A stretch of 64,000 nt of DNA from an uncultured delta proteobacterium (GTDB taxonomy: Bacteria > Desulfobacterota > Desulfomonilia > UBA1062). Positions 1 to 8,518 of this stretch are shown here, in pieces. The notes below the pieces were generated by a model that worked only from the letters and a program-made list of their open reading frames with translations, ran no database searches and was not told the origin of the DNA. The translations under genes were made by a program, and so were the position numbers. The stretch spans positions 32,001 to 96,000 of the forward strand of contig CAWAUM010000002.1 in the NCBI GenBank assembly GCA_963785235.1, written 5' to 3'. How positions within the stretch are numbered: position 1 is the first letter of the stretch; each line of letters starts with the position of its first letter.

Positions 1-741
1 AGCGGGGCCGACCTCGAGGAGTATACCTCGCTCTGCAAGGAAAAAGGGCTTAAGGGCACAAGCATCAGGCGCAGGCTCTCCACTATCAGGCAATTCTACC
101 GGTTCCTTATCGAAGAGGAGATCATTGCCGCTGATCCCACCCGGGACCTTGCATCGCCGAAGCAAGGCTTGTACCTGCCCGAGGTATTGAGCATAGATGA
201 GGTGGCAAGGCTGATGGCAAGCCCTGATGTGGGCACGCCTTTGGGTGTGAGGGACAAGGCCATGCTCGAACTTCTCTATGCCACGGGACTGCGCGTAAGC
301 GAGCTTATCGGCCTTAAGCTCCACCACCTCAACCTCCATGTGGGCTATCTCATCTGCAGGGGCAAGGGCGACAAGGAACGCCTTGTGCCCATGGGTGAAA
401 GCGCACAGCGCTGGGTCAACGACTATCTGAAGAACACAAGGCCTTATCTGGTCAAGAAGCCCACGGACATCCTCTTCTGTTCCAGGAGGGGGGGCGCCAT
501 GACCAGGCAAAACTTCTGGCATTCCATCAAGAGATATGCAACCATAGCAGGCATATTGAAGCAGATATCCCCCCATATGCTCAGGCATTCGTTCGCCACC
601 CACCTTCTGGGTGGCGGCGCAGACCTCAGGTCGGTTCAGATGATGCTCGGCCATGCGGATATCTCCACCACGCAGATTTATACGCACCTCTCTTCGGCCA
701 GACTCAAAGAGGTTCACGAGCGGTATCACCCAAGGGGGTAG
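1..741 (+). CDS. xerD: Site-specific tyrosine recombinase XerD (5' truncated by window edge)
   Basis: Frame open from base 1; LYATGLRVSEL, GKGDKER, SPHMLRHSFATHLL, LGHADISTTQIYTH motifs; ends YHPRG. Confidence 0.93.
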   Translation, partial: SGADLEEYTSLCKEKGLKGTSIRRRLSTIRQFYRFLIEEEIIAADPTRDLASPKQGLYLPEVLSIDEVARLMASPDVGTPLGVRDKAMLELLYATGLRVSELIGLKLHHLNLHVGYLICRGKGDKERLVPMGESAQRWVNDYLKNTRPYLVKKPTDILFCSRRGGAMTRQNFWHSIKRYATIAGILKQISPHMLRHSFATHLLGGGADLRSVQMMLGHADISTTQIYTHLSSARLKEVHERYHPRG

Positions 742-745
742 ACTT

Positions 746-3408
746 TTGGAGGTCATCACCTCCCACATCCAGGCGGATTTCGATGCATTTGCCTCGATGC
801 TCGCTGCCAGGAAACTCCATCCAGGCGCCATCATCGTCTTTCCAGGCGCCCAGGAGAAGAACCTCCGGGACTACCTTATGCGGGCCTCCCCGGAGGTCTC
901 TGCCGTAATCGTCAAGCTGAAGTCCGTCATGGTGAACAAGGTGACGCGGCTTATCATCGTGGATACCAGGCAGCTCTCGCGCATCGGCGATTTTGCCGGT
1001 ATCATCGGCAAGGACGGGGTGGAGGTGATCATCTATGACCATCACCCGCCTTCGGGCGACGATATCGTGGTTGAGAACGAGCAATGCAGAGAATATGGCT
1101 CCAACAGCGCGTTCATGGTGGAGATCCTCAAGGAAAACGGCATTACCCCCACCCCGGAAGAGGCCACCATCCTGGCCATGGGGATCTTCGAAGACACCGG
1201 GGCCCTGCTGTTCCCTTCCACCAGACCCGAAGACGCCATGGCCCTGGCGGATCTTATCCGGTGGGGCGCCGACCTGAAGGCCGTCTCTCATACGCTCGCC
1301 CGCGAGCTCAACCCAGAGCAGGTGGACGTATTGGACCAGCTCATAAAGAACGCCTATATCTTCCACGTCGGGGGCATTGACGTTCTGTTCACGCGCTCCG
1401 AATCGGCAGGGTATGTGGAGGATTTCGCCATGCTCGTGCATAAGCTCAGGGGCATGTTCGAGGTGGATGCCATATTCGCGCTGGGGCTTATGGCCGAGCG
1501 CATCTACCTGGTTGCGCGCAGCACCGTGCCGCAGATCAATGCCGCCGAAGTGGCGTCGGGCTTCGGTGGTGGCGGCCATGCAACGGCGGCTGCCGCATCC
1601 ATAAAGGACCGGTCCCTGGACAACGTTGAAAGCATGCTGGTGAACCTCATCAAGAAGGATACCAGGCCCAGGATCACGGCGCGCGACATCATGACCTTCC
1701 CTGTCATTGCCTTGAAGATGGATGCCACCATGGACGAGGCGAGCACTACGCTCAACCGGTACAACATCAATGCAGCCATCGTTCAATCCAAGGATGAACA
1801 GGTAGTGGGCGTGGTCACCAGGCAGGTGGTGAGCCGGGCGCAGGGCCACGACCTGGGAGAAGCAAGGGTAAAGGATTACATGCTCCGGGATATCAAATTC
1901 ATCAGGCCGGACGCACCGGTGGCTGAGATACGGACCCTGATCATCGACGGAAACCAGCGCCTGCTGCCCGTGGTGGAAGACCGCAAGGCCGTGGGGGTGA
2001 TAACCAGGACCGACCTCATGAGGATCATGCATGAGAAGATGGTACGGTCAGAAGGGGTCGATTACCGGACAATGCAGAAAAAGAACATCCAATCCCTCCT
2101 GGAGGACCGGCTGCCCAGGCAGGTGAACATGCTGCTGCATGCAGGCAGGGACACTCGCGGCATCCATGGGATTCAACCTCTACCTGGTGGGCGGGATCGT
2201 GCGCGACATGCTGCTGAGGATCGACAATCTGGACATGGATCTGGTGGTGGAGGGCGACGGTATTGCCTTTGCCAGGACCCTCACCCAGTCCCTGGGGGCA
2301 CGCTGTGCGGTGCATGAAAAGTATAAGACCGCGGTGATTACGCTGCCCAGACGGCACCCATATCGATGTGGCCACGGCCAGGCTTGAATACTATAACCAT
2401 CCGGGCGGGTACCCCATCGTGGAGCAGTCCACCCTCAAGCTCGACCTTTACCGCCGCGACTTCACCATCAACACCATGGCCGTGTACCTCAATCCCCAGC
2501 GCTTCGGCGAGCTCATCGACTTCTTCGGCGCCCAGCGGGACATCAAGGAAAAACATATCAGGGTGCTGCATGCGCTCAGCTTTGTGGAGGACCCTTCCCG
2601 CATCTTCAGGGCCGCACGCTTCGAAAAGCGCTATGGGTTTGCGCTGGGCAAACAGACGCTCTCCCTGGTGCATGCCGCGGTGAGGTCAGGCCTGTTGAGC
2701 AACATACCGGGCAGGCGGATCTCGCACGAGATAAGGCAGATCCTCTCGGAGGACGACCCGCTTCCGAGCCTTGAGCGGCTTCGTGAGCTGGAGGTTCTTA
2801 CCGCCATCCATCCGGACATCGTGTTCAATACCGACATCAAGGATGACTTTGCCAAGGTGAAGCAGACCATCTCCTGGTTCAATATGCTTTACACCCATGA
2901 GGACTACCGCCCATGGTTCATCTACCTGCTGGCCCTGGTGGAACATATGAAGCCCAAGAAGATCATAGCAATCTGCGGCAGGCTCGGGCTCACCGATGAG
3001 AACATGCGGAACATTCTCACTGCCAGGACCAGGGTGAACACCATCTTAAGGGAGCTGATCATACTCCAGAAGAAGTCGCCCTCTTCTGTGGTCAAGGTGC
3101 TGGAAAAGGCAACTCTTGAAGAGATGCTCTATGCCATGTCCAAGACCAAGGGCGCTGAGATAAAGGAGATGATCTCCTCGTTCATCACCTCATGGCGCTC
3201 ATACAAACCGCCGGTCACGGGCAAGGATCTGATAGCCCTCGGGTTCAAGAAGGGCAAGCTCCTGGGCGACACGTTACGGCTCATCCGCGACAAAGGGCTC
3301 AATGGCGAGATCAAGGACTTCAAGCAGGCCATGGCCTTTGCAAAGAAACGCCTTGATGAACCGGTGAACACGAAGAATCACAGGGTTGACGAACAGGGTA
3401 TCATCTAG
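746..3408 (+). CDS. DHH/DHHA1-CBS-tRNA nucleotidyltransferase (A-adding type), frameshifted near 2150 and 2350
   Basis: ORFs 653-2317, 2139-2387 and 2368-3408 join: ADFDA, YDHH, GGGGH, CBS pair, LVGGIVRD..DMD, DLYRRDFTIN, EDPSRIFRAARF. Confidence 0.88.
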
Positions 3409-3430
3409 TACACGTAAAAAAGACCCGAGT

Positions 3431-3505
3431 GGGGGTGTAGCTCAGTGGGAGAGCATCGCGTTCGCAATGCGAGGGTCGAGAGTTCAAATCTCTCCACCTC
3501 CACCA
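3431..3505 (+). tRNA. tRNA-Ala (anticodon CGC)
   Basis: GGGGGTG/CACCTCC acceptor with G3:U70, TCGCG-TT-CGC-AA-TGCGA anticodon arm, GTTCAAATC T loop, encoded CCA. Confidence 0.96.
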
Positions 3506-3547
3506 TCTTTTCAATAAATCGGATGACCCCATTTTATCCCATTGAGA

Positions 3548-3582
3548 TTGACTTTTTCTCCGATAAGCAATACATGTATAGC
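3548..3582 (+). promoter_or_regulatory. TA promoter (TTGACT...TACATG/TATAGC) with palindromic operator GCAATACATGTATAGC (3567-3582)
   Basis: Near-perfect palindrome over the -10 region, directly upstream of an RHH antitoxin. Confidence 0.6.
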
Positions 3583-3598
3583 AAAAGGGAGAAAAGCC

Positions 3599-3824
3599 AT
3601 GCTCGCTATAAGACTTCCCGCAGAAATCGAAGACCGACTTGAGGCTTTGGCAAAAGCCACAGGCCGCACGAAGACCTTCTATGTTCGCGAAGCAATCCTT
3701 GAGCATATCGACGACCTTGAGGATGTTTACCTTGCCGAGAAACGGCTGGAAGATATCCGGTCAGGCCAGTAAAAAGATTATACCACTCGAAAAAATCATG
3801 AAACGCCATGGCATGGAGGGTTGA
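3599..3824 (+). CDS. RelB-like RHH antitoxin, frameshift near 3770
   Basis: [46 protein letters not shown], continuing [16 protein letters not shown] in another frame. Confidence 0.85.
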
Positions 3825-4081
3825 GCTAGACCCCGCAACAGCGCGGGAGATAGACCGCCTTGATAAACAAGTTGCCCGTCGTATCCTCAATTTTTTGTAT
3901 GAAAGAGTTGCTCGACTGGGCGATCCCCGTGCCATCGGCCAGGCTCTGCAGGGTCCTAAATTTGGTGAGCTCTGGAAAGTATCGAGTGGGTGACTGGCGC
4001 ATAATTTGTAAAATCGAAGATGAGCGAGTGACAGTCTTGGTCCTTCGTATCGGACACCGAAGCAAGGTATACAAGCCATAA
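3808..4081 (+). CDS. RelE/ParE family toxin, frameshift near 3975
   Basis: [27 protein letters not shown]... + [32 protein letters not shown]. Confidence 0.88.
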
Positions 4082-4139
4082 TCTTTATTCAAGTCACTGC
4101 AAACCATCACTGCCTTAACTCAAGGTTAGGGCTGATGGA

Positions 4140-4169
4140 TCGAGGGTTCAAATCCCTCCACCTCCACCA
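4140..4169 (+). repeat. Direct repeat of tRNA-Ala 3' end (att-like)
   Basis: TCGAGGGTTCAAATCCCTCCACCTCCACCA vs 3476-3505 TCGAGAGTTCAAATCTCTCCACCTCCACCA (28/30). Confidence 0.88.
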
Positions 4170-4273
4170 CTTTTTCATAAAATAACAAGAACATACAACT
4201 TGAACAACAATACCCATACCCCACACCCTTGTCTTTTGATTCTTCGATGCTAACCTATCAGTTGGGAGGGTAT

Positions 4274-4750
4274 ATGCGTATAGACAGAAATATCAAAGAG
4301 AAGGGACATGATCCGTATGGCCAAGTGAGAAAACATACCGAAGGCGCATACTGCCCCGAATGCAGGGCCATTTATCAGGGAGGAAGATGGATATGGCCTG
4401 ATAAGCAGCCTGCGGCCTTGGGTGTACCACTGCTTTGTTCAGCATGCAGAAGGATCAGGGATGATTTCCCGGCAGGAGAGGTACGTCTGTCAGGCATTTA
4501 TCTGATCAAGCACAAGGAGGAGATTGAAAACCTGGTCAATAAGATCGTCAAAGAAGCAAAGGAGAAATCGCCCGGCAAGAGAATGATTGACATGGAAAAA
4601 TCAACTGAAGGATTGTGCGTGAGATTGACTGATGATCATCTTGCCCGGCACATTGGAGATGCCCTTTATCGGGCCTATAAAGGAGATCTGCAGCTTAAGT
4701 ATTCTGATGAACAGAAATTCGTGAGGCTTTACTGGCATCGTGATGAATGA
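4274..4750 (+). CDS. BCAM0308-family protein
   Basis: HDPY, CPECRAIYQGGRW, CSACRRIRDDFPAG, HLARHIGDAL..AYKG; SD GGAGG. Confidence 0.75.
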   Translation: MRIDRNIKEKGHDPYGQVRKHTEGAYCPECRAIYQGGRWIWPDKQPAALGVPLLCSACRRIRDDFPAGEVRLSGIYLIKHKEEIENLVNKIVKEAKEKSPGKRMIDMEKSTEGLCVRLTDDHLARHIGDALYRAYKGDLQLKYSDEQKFVRLYWHRDE

Positions 4751-4806
4751 ATTGGTCAAGGATAAGAAACACCGATGATATGGGTTTGAGTAAAGATGAG
4801 ATCAAG

Positions 4807-4843
4807 TCCGGGAACTTTTAAGACTGTAGTGGATCGTTCCCGG
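4807..4843. terminator. Stem-loop between convergent transcripts
   Basis: TCCGGGAAC...GTTCCCGGA inverted repeat. Confidence 0.4.
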
Positions 4844-4870
4844 AGAGGAAGTCTTTGGACCCCTGTTTGA

Positions 4871-4966
4871 TTACCGGCTGTGCTCCGTCCTGGGAGCGTG
4901 TTTCACGAACCGTGCAGTCAGGGCCAGGAATGCTGTGAAGCCAACAATTACAAAGATGACTGTCAT
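4871..4966 (-). CDS. 31-aa single-TM peptide (not in ORF track)
   Basis: MTVIFVIVGFTAFLALTARFVKHAPRTEHSR*; ATG 2 nt after upstream stop; GAGG SD. Confidence 0.55.
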   Translation of the reverse strand: MTVIFVIVGFTAFLALTARFVKHAPRTEHSR

Positions 4967-4968
4967 GG

Positions 4969-5208
4969 CTATGCCCTCTTTACCTTTCTCTCGATCACGA
5001 CCTCTTCGATGAACCCCTTGAAGCCCAGTGCTATGCCGGCCACCAGTCCTACCATCGTGAAGTTGGGTGCCATGCCGAGAACCCTGTCCAGATACATGCC
5101 GCCGTAGAGTCCGAGGAAGGTCATCGTAACGAGCACCAGGCTGTATGCGCTTATCCTGCTGAGCCTGTTGGCCAGTGCCTTTTCGATCTTTTCTTTCTTT
5201 GTCTTCAT
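4969..5208 (-). CDS. AtpZ/AtpI-like (ATPase gene1) 2-TM small membrane protein
   Basis: GLYGGMYLDRVLGMAPNFTMVGLVAGIALG pattern; SD AAGGAGG. Confidence 0.75.
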   Translation of the reverse strand: MKTKKEKIEKALANRLSRISAYSLVLVTMTFLGLYGGMYLDRVLGMAPNFTMVGLVAGIALGFKGFIEEVVIERKVKRA

Positions 5209-5247
5209 GGCCTTCCTCCTTATCCTTTTTTCTATCTGAGTCCTGCC

Positions 5248-5424
5248 TTAGAACAGGCTCATGAGGATCTCACGTGCCGGGCCGGTGTTGATGGTTACCA
5301 GGGCGACAACCAGGACGAATACCGCGCTTGCTTCTACCGGGGTGAGTCCCAATACCTTGTAGGTGAACCTGATCCCGATGCCGGTCATGAACAGTGCGCC
5401 GATTACGATCCATAATGTCATCAT
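5248..5424 (-). CDS. 58-aa 2-TM small protein (not in ORF track)
   Basis: MMTLWIVIGALFMTGIGIRFTYKVLGLTPVEASAVFVLVVALVTINTGPAREILMSLF*; SD GGAGG; host-like codons. Confidence 0.75.
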   Translation of the reverse strand: MMTLWIVIGALFMTGIGIRFTYKVLGLTPVEASAVFVLVVALVTINTGPAREILMSLF

Positions 5425-5472
5425 TGTCTTGCCCTCCCTGGGGTTTGTTTTTTTCTTTCTAACATATATAAG

Positions 5473-5487
5473 GCAAGGGGCGTGCCA
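5473..5487 (-). promoter_or_regulatory. Sigma54 promoter
   Basis: TGGCAC-GCCCC-TTGC, exact -24/-12 consensus. Confidence 0.85.
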
Positions 5488-5502
5488 GGTTCTGGCAATT
5501 TA

Positions 5503-5515
5503 TAACTTATTGATA
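5503..5515 (-). promoter_or_regulatory. IHF site
   Basis: TATCAA-TAAG-TTA matches WATCAANNNNTTR, between promoter and enhancers. Confidence 0.7.
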
Positions 5516-5548
5516 TCATAAAAAATTATGTAATGGCCTTTCCTGGAA

Positions 5549-5644
5549 TTGTCATTTTGGCAAAAAAGCCTCCTGCAAGGACATGGGTGGGTACAAAATG
5601 ACAAAATACCCTCAGGGGCGCTACTAAGATTGCCAGAATGGCAA
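5549..5644. promoter_or_regulatory. Three enhancer-like palindromes (TTGYCA-N3-TGRCAA)
   Basis: TTGTCATTTTGGCAA 5549, GGTACAAAATGACAA 5590, TTGCCAGAATGGCAA 5630; spacing 41 and 40 bp. Confidence 0.65.
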
Positions 5645-5698
5645 AGACCGGGATTACACGCATGCCTGTGATCTCCCGTTATGAGATGACTACCGGAT

Positions 5699-6523
5699 TC
5701 AAGGCCCTTGGTCTTCATGAACCCCGTTGTTATAGACATAGCTTGAATTGGTCATAAAGGTCCTGATGCCGCCCATGATGCCGTCAACAATGGTTTCCAG
5801 GTGTGCACTATCATGCAGGAGCATGCAGTCGGCAGGGTTGGTTATAAAGCCCATCTCGATGAGGATGGCCGGCATCTGCGCGCCCATGAGCACGTAGAAG
5901 GGCGCCTGTTTAACGCCCAGGTCTTTGCCGGTATACCCTGTCTTTCTCAGGGAAGAGATAATGGCGTTCTGGGTGAAGGTGGCGAACCTCGATGATTCAT
6001 TGATTTTGGCATTGAGCATGAGGTCCTTGATGATGAGCTGAAGGCCTTTCATGGACGAGGAGGACATGGCGTTCTCCCGCTGTGCCACCTTATTGGACGA
6101 GGCGTCGGTGGTCAGGTTCAGGAAGTATGTCTCAACCCCATCCCTGTACCGTGCCTCAGTTGCATTCACATGGATGGAGACAAAGAGGTCCGCCTTGTGT
6201 TTATTGGCAAAGGCTGTCCGGTCTTCAAGGGGGATATAGGTATCATTCTCCCGGGTAAGGAAGACCTCTACACCTTCATCGCACAGGCGTTTCGCAAGGA
6301 TCCTGCCCACCTCGAGGGTGATATCCTTCTCCTTCTCGCCATGCGGGCCTACACCACCCGGGGCCTTTCCCCCGTGGCCGGGATCGATGACGATCTTCAA
6401 TGCCTTGGACTTCTCCAGCGGGTCGGAAGATGCTGCAAGAAGCGTCTTATTGCTGCTGAAAAAGGAGAGAAAGACGGCAATGACGATGAGGACGAACAAG
6501 GTTCTCGCATTGTCCGTATTCAT
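5699..6523 (-). CDS. N-acetylmuramoyl-L-alanine amidase (Amidase_3)
   Basis: IVIDPGHGG, EKDITL, LTRE, FVSIHVNA, ILIEMGFITN; N-terminal signal/TM. Confidence 0.92.
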   Translation of the reverse strand: MNTDNARTLFVLIVIAVFLSFFSSNKTLLAASSDPLEKSKALKIVIDPGHGGKAPGGVGPHGEKEKDITLEVGRILAKRLCDEGVEVFLTRENDTYIPLEDRTAFANKHKADLFVSIHVNATEARYRDGVETYFLNLTTDASSNKVAQRENAMSSSSMKGLQLIIKDLMLNAKINESSRFATFTQNAIISSLRKTGYTGKDLGVKQAPFYVLMGAQMPAILIEMGFITNPADCMLLHDSAHLETIVDGIMGGIRTFMTNSSYVYNNGVHEDQGP

Positions 6524-6584
6524 GATAGCCACTGTATATAGGAAAATCAGTTGAGATACAATTATTTCCGGATTGCAGTTTTAC

Positions 6585-7955
6585 CTAAAACTGCTCTTTC
6601 TCATTGATGATATTATACTTCCTGATCTTGTAATGCATGACCCGCCTGGATATGCCGAGGATCTGGGCAGCGTCTTTCTGGACCCAGTTGGACTTCTTCA
6701 GCGCCTGGATAAGCATAGTCTTCTCATGGGCCTCAATAGGGTTGAGCCCCTCTTCCGAGAGTGGAACAGCCGTTGTGCGGTCAAACATACCCGAGGGCAG
6801 GATCTCGTCAGGGGTTATGATAGGCCCCTTGCTGAGCACCACTGCGGACTGGATGATGTTCTTCAGCTCCCTGACATTACCCGGCCAGGAATGGGAAAGG
6901 AGCATGTCCATGGCCTCCCTGCTGAAGCCGGTAACGGTCTTGCCTGTCTTGTTGGTGAATTCCGTAAGGAAGACCTGGGCCAGCCCGATGATATCTTCCT
7001 TCCTGTCTCTTAAGGGCGGCAGGTTGATGGTGAAGACCTTAAGCCGGTAAAAGAGATCTTCCCGGAACTCTCCCTTTTCCACCTTGGCCTTGAGATCCAC
7101 GTTGGTGGCGGCTATCACCCGGATGTTCACATGTTTCTGGTTGACCTCACCCAGTCGCCTGAACTCTCCTGATTCCAGAACCCTCAACAGACGTGTCTGC
7201 ATCTCGGGTGAAATGTTGCCGATCTCATCAAGGAAAAGCGTCCCTCCGTCGGCCTCTTCGATGATACCGCGCTTATCTTTTACCGCCCCGGTAAATGCGC
7301 CGCGCCCATAACCGAACAGCTCGGCCTCGATGAGGGTGTGGGGGGTGGCCCCGCAGTCCATGATGACAAGCTTGCCCTCACGCCTTTTGCTCTCATAGTG
7401 GAGCATCCGGGTTACAAGCTCCTTGCCGGTGCCCGACTCGCCAAGGACAAGCACCGTGGCATCCGATGAGCTCACCTGGCGGACCAGGGCCAGGATCTTC
7501 TTCATGGCAGGGCTTTCGGCATAGATATGATGCTCTATGCTGTCTCCAATCTCCTGCTCCAGGTAACGGACCCGCTGCTTGAGCCCGCGCTTTTCTATTG
7601 CCTTTTCGATCTTGGCCACCAGCTCGATGGCCTCGAAAGGCTTCACAAGGTAGTCATGCGACCCTTCCTTGATGGCCTGCACCGCACCCTCAATGGAACC
7701 ATAGGCCGTAAAGATGATGACCTCGATATCCGGGTCGATCTTCTTGGCCTCCTTGAGGACCTCCATACCATCCATTTCAGGCATCTTGAGGTCTGTAATC
7801 AGGACGCTGAATGTGTCCTTCTTGAGCTCATCCAGGGCCTTCCTGGCCTTGGTATATCCCACGGCATAGAACCCCATCGCTTCAAGCCTCGCAACCAGGA
7901 CCTCTACAATGTCCGGCTCGTCATCAATGATGAGGATCTTGTGCTTCTGGCTCAT
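6585..7955 (-). CDS. Sigma54-dependent response regulator (NtrC/AtoC/GlrR type)
   Basis: REC domain, GESGTGKE, ELFG, GAFTGA, FLDEIG, WPGNVREL, Fis HTH. Confidence 0.95.
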   Translation of the reverse strand: MSQKHKILIIDDEPDIVEVLVARLEAMGFYAVGYTKARKALDELKKDTFSVLITDLKMPEMDGMEVLKEAKKIDPDIEVIIFTAYGSIEGAVQAIKEGSHDYLVKPFEAIELVAKIEKAIEKRGLKQRVRYLEQEIGDSIEHHIYAESPAMKKILALVRQVSSSDATVLVLGESGTGKELVTRMLHYESKRREGKLVIMDCGATPHTLIEAELFGYGRGAFTGAVKDKRGIIEEADGGTLFLDEIGNISPEMQTRLLRVLESGEFRRLGEVNQKHVNIRVIAATNVDLKAKVEKGEFREDLFYRLKVFTINLPPLRDRKEDIIGLAQVFLTEFTNKTGKTVTGFSREAMDMLLSHSWPGNVRELKNIIQSAVVLSKGPIITPDEILPSGMFDRTTAVPLSEEGLNPIEAHEKTMLIQALKKSNWVQKDAAQILGISRRVMHYKIRKYNIINEKEQF

Positions 7956-8518
7956 TGCTTTCCTCGGCGCTTGACAGACTCGAGATGGATCTGTTCGAGT
8001 TTTTTCAGCTTGTAGCTCAACACCTCTATCTCTTTTTTAATGTCCTCGAGGTCCTTTTTCAAGCCCTCGTTTTCTTTCCTTGCCTGCTCAAGGCTCCGTT
8101 TCAGTTCTTCAATCTCCTTTGCATATTCCTTTGCCCTGGCAGCAGACTTCTGAAGGGTCTCCATACGCTCAATGAGGGTCAGCAGGTAGCCTGCCTCTAC
8201 CTTCAAGTAATCAGGCACGAATGTCTTACCTCTGATCTCTTCCAGGTCGGTCTTCATGACACTAAAGGCATATTCACCCTTGATGATTGAATCCATGATC
8301 AGGGCAATCTTGTGGCGGGCAACCAGTGAGGGAGGTAACACAGGATTCATTGACTTGAGATCCTCGCCGGAGGCCTTGCCCTGGGAAAGATTCTTCTCCG
8401 CAGCATCAATCTTGGTGTACAGGATCTCCGTCGCGCATCCCTGGAAGAGAAGCATTGTCATGAGCAACAGGAAGGCTGAAAGAAAAAATACTCCCCTTTC
8501 CCTCACTGCTTTGTGCAT
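7952..8518 (-). CDS. Lipoprotein with coiled-coil C-terminus (QseG-like position); start uncertain
   Basis: Lipobox FQGC; C-terminal heptads ending KLKKLEQIHLESVKRR; between kinase and regulator. Confidence 0.65.
   Translation of the reverse strand: MHKAVRERGVFFLSAFLLLMTMLLFQGCATEILYTKIDAAEKNLSQGKASGEDLKSMNPVLPPSLVARHKIALIMDSIIKGEYAFSVMKTDLEEIRGKTFVPDYLKVEAGYLLTLIERMETLQKSAARAKEYAKEIEELKRSLEQARKENEGLKKDLEDIKKEIEVLSYKLKKLEQIHLESVKRRGKQ

Noticed and set aside
1-741. Recombinase as integrase of the tRNA-Ala mini-island
   Set aside because: It is housekeeping XerD, lies outside the repeats and is separated by a core gene
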